A stretch of 45,876 nucleotides of DNA, taken from Bigelowiella natans CCMP2755. Its lineage: Eukaryota; Protista; Cercozoa. The stretch is from NCBI GenBank assembly GCA_000320545.1, contig ADNK01000470.1, positions 1-45,876 on the forward strand. The letters are read 5' to 3'. Each line of letters opens with the position of its first letter. Within the stretch, counting starts at the first letter, position 1. Under the pieces are notes generated by a model. It ran no database searches. It was not told the origin of the DNA and was given only the letters and a program-made list of their open reading frames with translations. The translations under genes and the position numbers were made by a program. Positions 36,841 through 45,876 of the stretch are shown one piece after another.

Positions 36841-39446
36841 TATTTATTTAGATACTCCTCACTCCAGCCCCTTCCACTTCGGGTAATCAATATCATATTA
36901 TTTTTTGTTCCTGTTGATTCTGCTCCTCTACTCACCTCCACACACGCGCAGCTGCCTGCTTGTCCACAGCCGGGTTCCAATCAGGATCGTATAGTACAAG
37001 GCGGTTGGCCCCAACGAGGTTCAACCCGCATCCGCCCGCCTTACTGCTCAGCAGGAAGAGAAACTTATCGTTCTTTCGATCATCCAACTGCGCCACCAGC
37101 TTGCTGCGGTCCTTGACCTGAATGCTGCCGTCGAGGCGAATGAACCCCCACTTGCGTATCCGAGCCATGTCCTCAAACACGTTGAGGGTGGAAGTGTAGT
37201 TCGACACTAGCACGACGCGATCATCCGTTTTGCTCTTCACTTTGCGCAGTAGCCGGTCCAGCACGTCCAGTTTGCCGGAGAACCTGTTGTTGTCAGTTCA
37301 AGGTGAGCATACAACTTGCAACGCAGCATCCATGGTAATCCGCTCTGCATATGTTCCGCACCTTGGATGACCGCTCTCACGCTCGAAATCGCTCGGAAAC
37401 TGGTCTAGGCAGTCACTCTCCCACTTTTTCAGCTTTTTCTTCTTGGTTTTGAGCATGTTCCAGATGATTTTAGGGTGGTTGCAAAGCCCCTTTATGTTGT
37501 TGATGAGAGGCAAAATACGAGACATGGACTTTTGGCCCTCGCTGATGATCCTTCTCGCGTCCCTGGACTTAACTAGGACGTTATAGATGCCCCTTTGTAG
37601 ATTTGTCGGCCTGCAGCAAACCACCTGAAAATATATCACAAAACCTCGTCCTTCAAAGAGTGTATGATAATTCTTTGAATCACCCAAGACGTGTAAATCA
37701 AGCATGAAACGTTTGTAACCGTAATAATGGCAAAGAAAGAAGTTACCTGTATGACTTTCGGAGGAAGATGCTTGGAAAGGAGTGTGTTTGTTCTTCGCAG
37801 AATGAACTGATTGACAATAGCTGAGAGTTCGCTTGATCTCTCCACTCCCAGCTTTTCCTCTGAGTTGGCACAATCTGGCTCCCTATGGACAGAGTGGGGT
37901 AAGTCAGAAAACCGAAAACCGAGCGGAAAAGCAGGGTTAGCCCTACCTCCCAGCTAAGATGGGGATCTCGTAGTATTTTCTAAACGCGATTCTGTCTCCA
38001 AGAACGTTTGGATTGGTGAAGTTGACCTGCAGGTGTGTAATGCGTGTCGTTAAAGTTGGACAGGGAACGCGTGCATGCAAATTACAGGCTTACCATCGCA
38101 AAGAACTCGTCGAGATCATTCTGCATCGGCGTCCCCGAGAGGAGTATCCGCTTTTTACAGCTGAGTTTGTTCAGTGCTTCATACGTGGCCGTCTTGTGGT
38201 TTTTCAGTCGGTGAGCCTTGTGATTTACAATCAATATGTTAGATGTGAAGAAAAGCAAAATCTACGACCTGGCCTTTTACCTCATCACAAATGAGGAGAC
38301 CACATTTTTCGTTCTTGTTCCCCGCCTTATCATAAAAGCTCTCCGCATAGCGACGGAATGTGTCGTAGGAAATAATAAGGATGTTGTTCCGATTTGTATT
38401 GCTTAAGAAGCGCCAAATCGCAGATTCGATCTTCGCTGGTCCAGACTCCTTCACAGCTACACATGGAAGGCGGCCCTTGAGCCATTTTTGGAGCTCATTC
38501 TCCCAATTCCCAACTAGACTTGTCGGGCAGACGACAATGGCTCTCTTAACCGTTGGGACGCCTTTTTCTTTACCCTAAGTGTGCAATCGATTAGATTTCG
38601 GTCGGTATTTAACTCATATATTTATTTTTCTAACCTGACGCATTAGTGTATACAACGCGGTGATTGCTTGCAGCGTTTTCCCCAGCCCCATGTCATCGGC
38701 AAGGATAACGCCATTGCCTTCGAAGTCTTTTTCTCCCAGAACGCATTGTGTTGTGAATAGCACTCCCTCGCGCTGTCAAAATTTTCAGCTCACACGAATA
38801 CGGCCGAAGACATATCACATGGAAGATACCTGGTGAGGTCTGAGCCATTTGCACAGTATTCCTTCGACCTCAATTGTTGTTAAATTTTCATCGACTTTCA
38901 AATCTTCTTCCGTTGGTTCCCAAATAATTAGACGTTCCCAATCGGGTGTCACTTGCTGAGAGTGGTATGTGATTCAGGCAACCATTGAACGTTCAGTAGA
39001 AAATAAAGGAGATAAACGACCTTCGCTGCTTCTTCCTTTGCCTGGGTCGGCGCATCATGTTGCGTGGGAGGAATGTTCTCATTTGAGACTTCGAAATCGA
39101 TTTTAGGTGGGGATGGCTGTCATAAAATTTATGTCTCTTATTTAATATGAAGCTCATTACGATTCGAAACTTATTTCCCCAGATTTGTTCTTACCAGTTT
39201 CGCGGGAATTTTGATATTCCCCTTGACATATTTCATTTTCCATCTTCGTACACCAAGCCTCCCTCGCTTTCTTTTCTCCACTTGGAACCTTGCCGTGCCA
39301 ATCTTCTCTGGAGCTGTGAATTCTTTTTGGTACGGTTTGCGATAGGACTTGACCTTTTCGCATCCCTTGACAGATAGGAAATCAAACACCGCTTTCCTCT
39401 TTATAGGACCATAAATGGAGGAGGAGGAAACGGTTTTCGCGCTCAT
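34450..39446 (-). CDS. RAD54: DNA repair/recombination SWI2/SNF2 ATPase RAD54 with a long acidic tail
   Basis: [36 protein letters not shown]|[92 protein letters not shown]. Start and last exon are approximate. Confidence 0.93.
35287..35331. repeat. Compound (CA)n(TA)n microsatellite
   Basis: Directly visible. Confidence 0.95.
36790..36837. repeat. (TA)n microsatellite, intronic
   Basis: Directly visible. Confidence 0.95.
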
Positions 39447-39980
39447 GGTTACAAGGCTAAGTCGCTCCCTCCCCCAGTTTATTCTCGTTGCCAATGAGAT
39501 GCCAATCTACAATGTAGTTCCAGCTTAAACCTAAGTTTCGAATTCAGCATAGCAGTATTTTTGTAGGAGAGCGAAAGCTTCCAAATTCTCATAATTAGAA
39601 ACAAAAATATATGTCGTATGTTATTATTAAAAGTACAATTTACATCCGTCAAGTTTAATTCTGCATTTGGGAATTCCTAGTCTCAATTTTTCAGGCGCAC
39701 ACCCAAAATCTTCTGAGTTCATGAAACATGCTGGTTTGGAGGGAAGGGGTTCTTGCTTAGCGAGAAAACTCGAGATAACTTCCAGAATCTTTGAAAGTCT
39801 CGAGAGACACATTGACTGTTACGTTATTGTCCGGTGATTATCTGTTTTTGACGGGTTTGCAAAGTGCGTGGGTTCCGATTTCAACACTTCCTCGGAACCT
39901 AACACCATATCACCATTTTTCATTCTCCCTACTCTGCACGGACAACTTAAACTTAGGCTAACTGGAAAAGAGGGGAGAAA

Positions 39981-41455
39981 ATGGCATCGGTTTTCAATTT
40001 CAGGGAGGTCCAAGGCCTGAAATTCTCGTTTGAGAACTTTGTCGACGACCAGATGAATCAGAGAAAGGAGAAAAAACAACGTACATCTTTTTTACCTAGT
40101 TAATTCTGATGTTTAACACGATTTCTTTTTACCACATCAGAGATCGAAAGAACGATATGCCGCTTTTGGAAAAAAGGCACATGCATGAAAGGAGACGCAT
40201 GTGAGTTTCGACACGCACGACGGGAAGGTACAATGGTGTGCAAACACTGGCTTCGAGGTCTCTGTAAAAAGGCTGACAGGTAATAGAATAATATCATAAC
40301 ATTCCACGGGAAGGTGTATCATCTGAAATATGTTCTTTTAGGTGTAATTTTCTTCACGAATACGATATGTCCAAGATGCAACCTTGTATTTTCTTCGTCC
40401 AAGAGGGTAAATTACATCATACAACGTTTTTTATCATCCCCTTCACTATTCATATTCTTACACTCTTCACCCACCTTTCAGGAGAATGTAATAATAAGGA
40501 TTGCTACTTTCTGCATCTTCGACCCGAAGATAAGATAACGGACTGCAAATGGTATGATAGTGGATTCTGCCGCCACGGTACTCATGATATCCGGGTGTTA
40601 TATTAGTTATAAATCTGATTTTGTATTTTTCCTTTAGGACCGAAATGTCGCAAACGCCACCGGAGACGTGTTGCATGCGCCGATTATCTCGCAGGATTCT
40701 GCTTGAAGGGACCAGAGTGCCCATACGGACAGTAATATTAGAATTAAATGAAAGTTATAACTCATTTCTATGCTTCATTCACATTCATATCATGTTAATC
40801 AGTCCCAAGTTCATGACTGCGAGTACAATTGATCCTACCGGGAAGTCAATAAAATGTGCAAGCTGCGGTAAACTCGGTCATATGGCAGGATCTTGTCCAG
40901 AGGTGCTAAGTGGAAAGCAAAAGGTACACTTCACGAACAGCGACATTATTAAATTGAACACCCTTAACATTGTTGTCCTCATTTGCTGATGCTAAAACAT
41001 CTGGTATTATCATGCGCAGGGCCGAAAGTTTAGGCCTTTGGAAAAAGTTCAGTGCTTCAAATGTGGAAAGAAGGGGCACTACGCCAATATGGTTAGTTTC
41101 ACAAAAAAAAGAACACTAGAATCGCAAATTTTACAAAAAAAATACTGTACGGGAAGAGTGTAGCTAAAAATTTCAGTGCTCATGCGAGAATTCATGAAGC
41201 ACCCGAAATTTCCCCAGTGCTATCATATTAATGTTTTTTTTTTATTTATCCAGAGCTCTCGAAATTTTTTAATATTACCATATCTTAGCATATATTTATT
41301 AAATTATTTATACATTGAGCGTCTCTCTCTCTCTCTCTCTCTGGGTGTGTGTTGAAGATATTAACACATGTGTATTTCAGTGTACAAATGAACGGGCTCG
41401 TCCCCCTCCTGGAGGTTGGATGCTGCCAAAGATGAAAGCAATGCAAAATCGATGA
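39981..41455 (+). CDS. CPSF4: Cleavage and polyadenylation specificity factor 30 kDa subunit (CPSF30/Yth1)
   Basis: Five CCCH fingers including [30 protein letters not shown] and [19 protein letters not shown], plus two CCHC knuckles ([28 protein letters not shown]). Confidence 0.93.
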
Positions 41456-41715
41456 CAGATCCGGATTTCACTGGCTGAGAAGTAGTTTCTGCAATAAAAG
41501 ATTATTGGCAGTATAGAATCTAAATTGAAATTATTTTAAAAATGATTGGAAGCAGTGACACACTGTGCCACACTTCGGCATGAAATTGTTAATGATAGAA
41601 ATGTAACGAGTGCTTGTGAATCTGAAAACAAACGACAAGATTGAGCAGGCTAAGAAAATAATCTCATGCGATTATTTTTCCTGTGCACGGATGCATTAGA
41701 TCGTATCAAATGTTG

Positions 41716-41915
41716 AAAAATGAACAAGTAAATTTAATTTTGCGTCCGCATTGCGTTTAAGGCCATGAATGATTCATTACAACCCCCTACACTGCCATGC
41801 CAACAACCGTGAAATCATCGGTCAGGCTACCAGATGATACCCCCTTTATCCGCTGGCAGAAAGTGACCGCAAACATGTGAAAACACTTTTATAAACCAGC
41901 GTCAGGGAGTCAGGG
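41716..41915. ncRNA. Candidate structured non-coding RNA of unknown family
   Basis: Several nested inverted repeats. On the minus strand there is a TTTATAAAA box at 41895-41887 and a T5 run at 41720-41716. No known family was recognised. Confidence 0.25.
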
Positions 41916-42095
41916 TTGCGACTGCGCGTGTGCACATGCAGCGCGGCGCGGTTATTGTAACTGTGTATGCGTGCGGGCGGCGAATGGCATCGCATTGTAA
42001 TGTGAACATGTTGTTCCATTTAACACACAATGTGAACTTGTCGTTCCGTTCAATAAAAGAAGTAGCGACATTTGTGCTATTCATGCGACAATAGA

Positions 42096-42099
<4 letters not shown>

Positions 42100-42146
<47 letters not shown>
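42100..42146. repeat. (TA)n microsatellite just 3' of the METTL21-like stop
   Basis: Directly visible. Confidence 0.95.
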
Positions 42147-42147
<1 letters not shown>

Positions 42148-42169
42148 GTGTGTCTAAAGTCACGAGTTA

Positions 42170-43123
42170 CTACTCAGTCTTCTTGTCGCTATTCTTTTCA
42201 TCTGTCGGTCTAGATCCAATCAGATACAGATGCAGCTCTGAGGATTGATAGTCCGGGTGGAGATCTTTTGCTTTAATTTTAGCTATAGACACACCAGGGA
42301 CTTTTCTACTGAGCTTCTGGAAAAACTCCTTCTCATTACTCTTTTTTCGCTGTTCGTAGCTCAGGTAAACAGATAAGCCGCCGCGTTCGAGGAGAGAGGA
42401 GAGCACGCGTATCAGCGGATCATATAGTTCCGGCCAGATGACAACATCGCTCGCACATATGATATCAAATCGTTCATTTTTCCATTTCTGTATCGTCGCA
42501 GCAGCATCTGGTGAATCGTCACACCAATCTAATGCCTCGATCTTCACCTTAGAGTCTTTACTCTCCCAAATTTTGCGGTTCATTTCCGCGTTTTTGGCCA
42601 GTAAGGGTATTGTTCGAGGGTGATCGCTCAACGTAACACGACAACGCTTTTGTGAGCAAGCTAAAACCAGGCCAACGATGCCAGTTCCACTTCCTATGTC
42701 GAGAACACTGCAGCCCGACTGAAAGCAGATCTTTTGGTGCTCCAGGTAGCGACATAAAACTAATGCAGAATCCCAGACTGTTGCACCGATCCCTCCCCTG
42801 AGGCTGCCAAGGGGATCTTGTGCAACTAAAACCTCTGTGGCATCTTTATCTGCGCACTCATATCTATGGGTATATGCTGGATCGAGCAGGTCGTCGATGT
42901 GTTTTCCCTCTGCTTCCGTCTTCTCCCCCCCTTTCACTTGGCTTGGCAGCCTCGATGATTTCGACTTCGAGGGCTCGCGTACAAACTTCTTTCCCTCTTT
43001 GTCTCCCGCCGAGGGAGACTGCTCTCCACCAGAGCTAGAATTGTTTCCCCTTCCCTCCATCTCCAGGGAGGGGAAAGAGGGAATTATGGCTTCTGTTCTG
43101 CTTTGTCTTTCCGATGTTTCCAT
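42170..43123 (-). CDS. Seven-beta-strand protein-lysine methyltransferase, METTL21/VCPKMT-like, uninterrupted ORF
   Basis: 317 aa. GGIGATVWDSALVLCRYL, VLDIGSGTGIVG, LDW, DIICASDV, YLSYEQR and LHPDYQS. Confidence 0.88.
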   Translation of the reverse strand: METSERQSRTEAIIPSFPSLEMEGRGNNSSSGGEQSPSAGDKEGKKFVREPSKSKSSRLPSQVKGGEKTEAEGKHIDDLLDPAYTHRYECADKDATEVLVAQDPLGSLRGGIGATVWDSALVLCRYLEHQKICFQSGCSVLDIGSGTGIVGLVLACSQKRCRVTLSDHPRTIPLLAKNAEMNRKIWESKDSKVKIEALDWCDDSPDAAATIQKWKNERFDIICASDVVIWPELYDPLIRVLSSLLERGGLSVYLSYEQRKKSNEKEFFQKLSRKVPGVSIAKIKAKDLHPDYQSSELHLYLIGSRPTDEKNSDKKTE

Positions 43124-43734
43124 ATTAAATTATTGTCCAAATTTTTGCCAATATTTATACTCTGCGACAAATATAAATTATGTCGCATACTAAAAACCGG
43201 AATACCAAATGGCACTGACAACGTTCATGACGTCGCCTTGTCGCTGTCTCACAGCGATTTCGATAGAATTCTTGCATGCGACTTGTAAATATGAGCATTT
43301 ATCCAATAAACGGATCGTTTTTAACCGAAAAACGACTCCACTGCTAGGTCTGCTAAAGTCTGAAAATGAGAAACCTACTGGTAACTGACACCTCTTTCGC
43401 GCTCCGAAGGTGGTGGTGGTGGCGGTGGTGGGGTGGTGATGATGGTGGAAAGGTGTATGAGAATGGTTTACCGTACACTCATTATGAATACGAAGGAGTG
43501 CTAAGCCTTCATATTGACACTTATTGACAACTGTGACGGAAACTGTTCCTAGACAAACAGCGACGTCTTTGTTCGCTGAATGGAACGATTGAAGACGCAA
43601 TGGTGTTCAAACGCAAGTTCTCTTCTTAAAACGAGTTTTGTTTTAGGCGATGAAACGCCGTGCCGACCATTGAGCTACTGTAAGATAAAAGGGAGCTGCA
43701 TCACTGAACGAGCACTAGGGATCCACTTGCAAAC

Positions 43735-43868
43735 ATGGATAGCTACGCAGAGGTCCTATTTTTCGAAATATGGAGGTTTAAGAAGGGGGGGGGGGGGGGG
43801 GAGTGTGGGCAACTAGTTCTATATAGAAAACATCGGAAATGATATTAAACACGCACGTAAATCACTCA

Positions 43869-43904
<36 letters not shown>

Positions 43905-45838
43905 CCTATACAAAGTTGTGTAGGGACCTTCCAACACTTTCCAAAACTTAACCATGGATAATAAACACGTCAGAATCTGAAGAGAAAACAGAGGCTGGAG
44001 TTCTTCAGGAGGGTGTCGGAGGCACGACAGAAAGCTGTGATAGACACCAGCGAGCCCATGACATCCAAGCTGCACTCTACCTTTCGAGCATCGATCCGGA
44101 CAAAACAAACCAAATGTAACATAAAATGAAGCCACACAATGAATATCATGACACAATTTTATGAAATCGAATATTCACTGGGAGACATAGGCCTTCACTG
44201 TTCACACACTTTATGTTGTGTTTGGAGGATAACTCTTGTTGGGGGGTCTAAGTCTCATGTCCCACACACTTATGGCACAAATATTTCACATGCGCGCCGT
44301 CGTGTTAAACCTGGGTGCGACTCTAAATTTCCATTTTTTACTTGCTTGCATAATTCCAGATCGCGAGACGAGGATAAAGCTAGAAAACATGAAACTTTTG
44401 AACAGACTTCGCAAGATCAACGCTAGGTAGTTGATTGAGCTTGCCAGGATTTTTGGTCGGAAAGTAGTGCTCAGTAAGTACATGAATATGTTTTTCTGAT
44501 GGCAGACCTACGAGCAAGGGTAATATAGGCATACTCCACTCTTCATCTTATATGGCCTCGCGCAAAATGAAGATGGAGAGGATCAACTGGGAAAATCAGA
44601 GGATGCACAATCGCCTCCAGAAAACAGGGCCAGCAATAGATTCCTGGTTCATATGCAATGGGGTCGGACCGAAGAACTCCTCTCTCGTTAAAGAGGCAGT
44701 TAAGGTACTGCGACATACATGGTGGGGGAGTGCTCGCTGTTACTGAAACTGCTGATGACACGATGCATGATATGATGGTGAGGATGATGATTGGAAAGAT
44801 GGCAGAGAGAAAGTTCTCTAACAGAGAGAAGAAAACCAATAGGTTCAGCATTATCAACGTGCACTGCACGCACTTGTTTGTTTGTCTATTCCAACCGTGT
44901 GATTTCCCATGAATAATTCGTCTAAGAATAAAAATTCTCGGAAGTCCTCGAGTGCCTCCAGGCGCCCCTCTTCGGCGGGGGTAACGGTAGTAATGATGAA
45001 TTCAAATGAGCGAAATGCTGTCTGCATACTGATGTATGGGGACGTTTTGCGGCGACTTTCCTTGGCAATTTTTTTGAATTCTCTCAGAAAATGTTACTTT
45101 TTGTCTTGTCTCATAGGATTCAGATACGATCCATCGGCGTTTGCGAGTCTATTTTCGAATCTTATCATATTTGTATTCCCCCCCCCCCCCCCCTTCACGA
45201 CAAAAATATTAGAAACCACGAAGGTCTCCATTAAAGCGGAGAGGAGGCAGCACATCCGTTGCCGCGAAGACGCGAGGGAGAACAAAAGCTTCGAGTTATG
45301 TTTCGGTGAGGATGGTACCTGTGCCAGAATACGAATTGCTTACTATTCGTCGCCATCTTCTGATCCAAGCTCTTCTTCCTTCTTTTTGTCATTCTTCGCA
45401 TATAAATAAGCAGAAAGGAAAGGAGTTGTACAGCGAACTTCTGAAGATCGGGTCATATCTGATCAAGGTATTCATAAATTCTCGTTACTTCAGCCTGGCT
45501 TGAGAAGCACTCGAAAGATGTCAACCCGGCGATTCGCGAATCCTTTTCAACTTATACACCTTCCATTCTCTCCGTCCCTACGACATGATCAAATACACAA
45601 AACTGTGATGATGAAGCCTCCACGAACGCTATTGAAACCTTATGTACAGCTCTGCGTCTCGGAAGTTAATACGGCAAATAGGCACTTCCTGAGAATACTC
45701 GCGACGAAGGAAGACGTACGACTAGTTTGTTGACCCCCCCTCCCCTCCTCCCGTTGGACCTTTTCCAACTCACATCCAGAGTTAGTTTTTGCTGTCCGTC
45801 ATCGTCGTCGGTATAATGTGTGTGCATATAAATGTAGA

Positions 45839-45876
<38 letters not shown>
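43735..45876 (+). CDS. CFAP97/Hemingway (KIAA1430)-domain ciliary protein-like; runs off the window end
   Basis: Exons give ...KAVIDTSEP..., RIKLENMKLLNRLRKI and SRKMKMERINWENQRMHNRLQKTGP, the paired I-x-x-EN-x-x-L/M-x-x-RL helices I associate with this domain. The start is uncertain. Confidence 0.6.

Noticed and set aside
41716-41775. Assignment as U6, U4 or U12 snRNA
   Set aside because: No ACAGAGA box, no U4 kink-turn and no U12 GAGUAAGGA, so it is kept only as an unknown candidate.
41820-41912. TPP-riboswitch-like words (ATACCC...CCAGCG-TC-AGGGA)
   Set aside because: The conserved CUGAGA and CCUGAU elements are missing, and no thiamine gene is adjacent.
41999-42058. 30-bp imperfect tandem duplication (AATGTGAAC.TGT.GTTCC.TT.AA)
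   Set aside because: Only two diverged copies with no spacers; a local duplication, not an array or CRISPR.
4683-43123. Three methyltransferase genes in one window as a functional cluster
   Set aside because: They have unrelated folds or substrates and lie 12-19 kb apart.
291-45876. Many short ORFs with [12 protein letters not shown] or THTHTH runs
   Set aside because: These are translations of microsatellites, which lack stops in those frames.

Overview
Gene-dense, intron-rich eukaryotic nuclear DNA (standard code, GT-AG introns, many with (TA)n/(CA)n/poly-G tracts). Signal-peptide plus Arg/Ser-rich transit-like leaders and ciliary genes suggest a flagellated alga with a secondary plastid, such as a chlorarachniophyte; this is inference only. 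By manual splicing I reconstruct 16 loci: an unknown 3' fragment (+), mL53-like (-), F-box (+), SET lysine methyltransferase (-), decayed Kelch gene (+), TLC-like membrane/FAD-oxidoreductase fusion (-), a two-pore channel with an N-terminal cyclic-nucleotide-binding-like domain (+), bacterial-type RlmD with a targeting leader (-), CCDC112-like (-), C-terminal ubiquitin-like protein (+), CBS protein (-), USP (+), RAD54 (-), CPSF30 (+), METTL21-like (-) and CFAP97-like (+). Four observations stand out: (1) the CNBD-TPC channel; (2) the membrane/flavoenzyme fusion transcribed divergently from it; (3) near-perfect strand alternation, with a CTAG/CATG/TGCA-rich block downstream of gene 3' ends; (4) a candidate structured ncRNA near 41.7-41.9 kb. 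Exon boundaries and family assignments were made by eye, and no searches were run.
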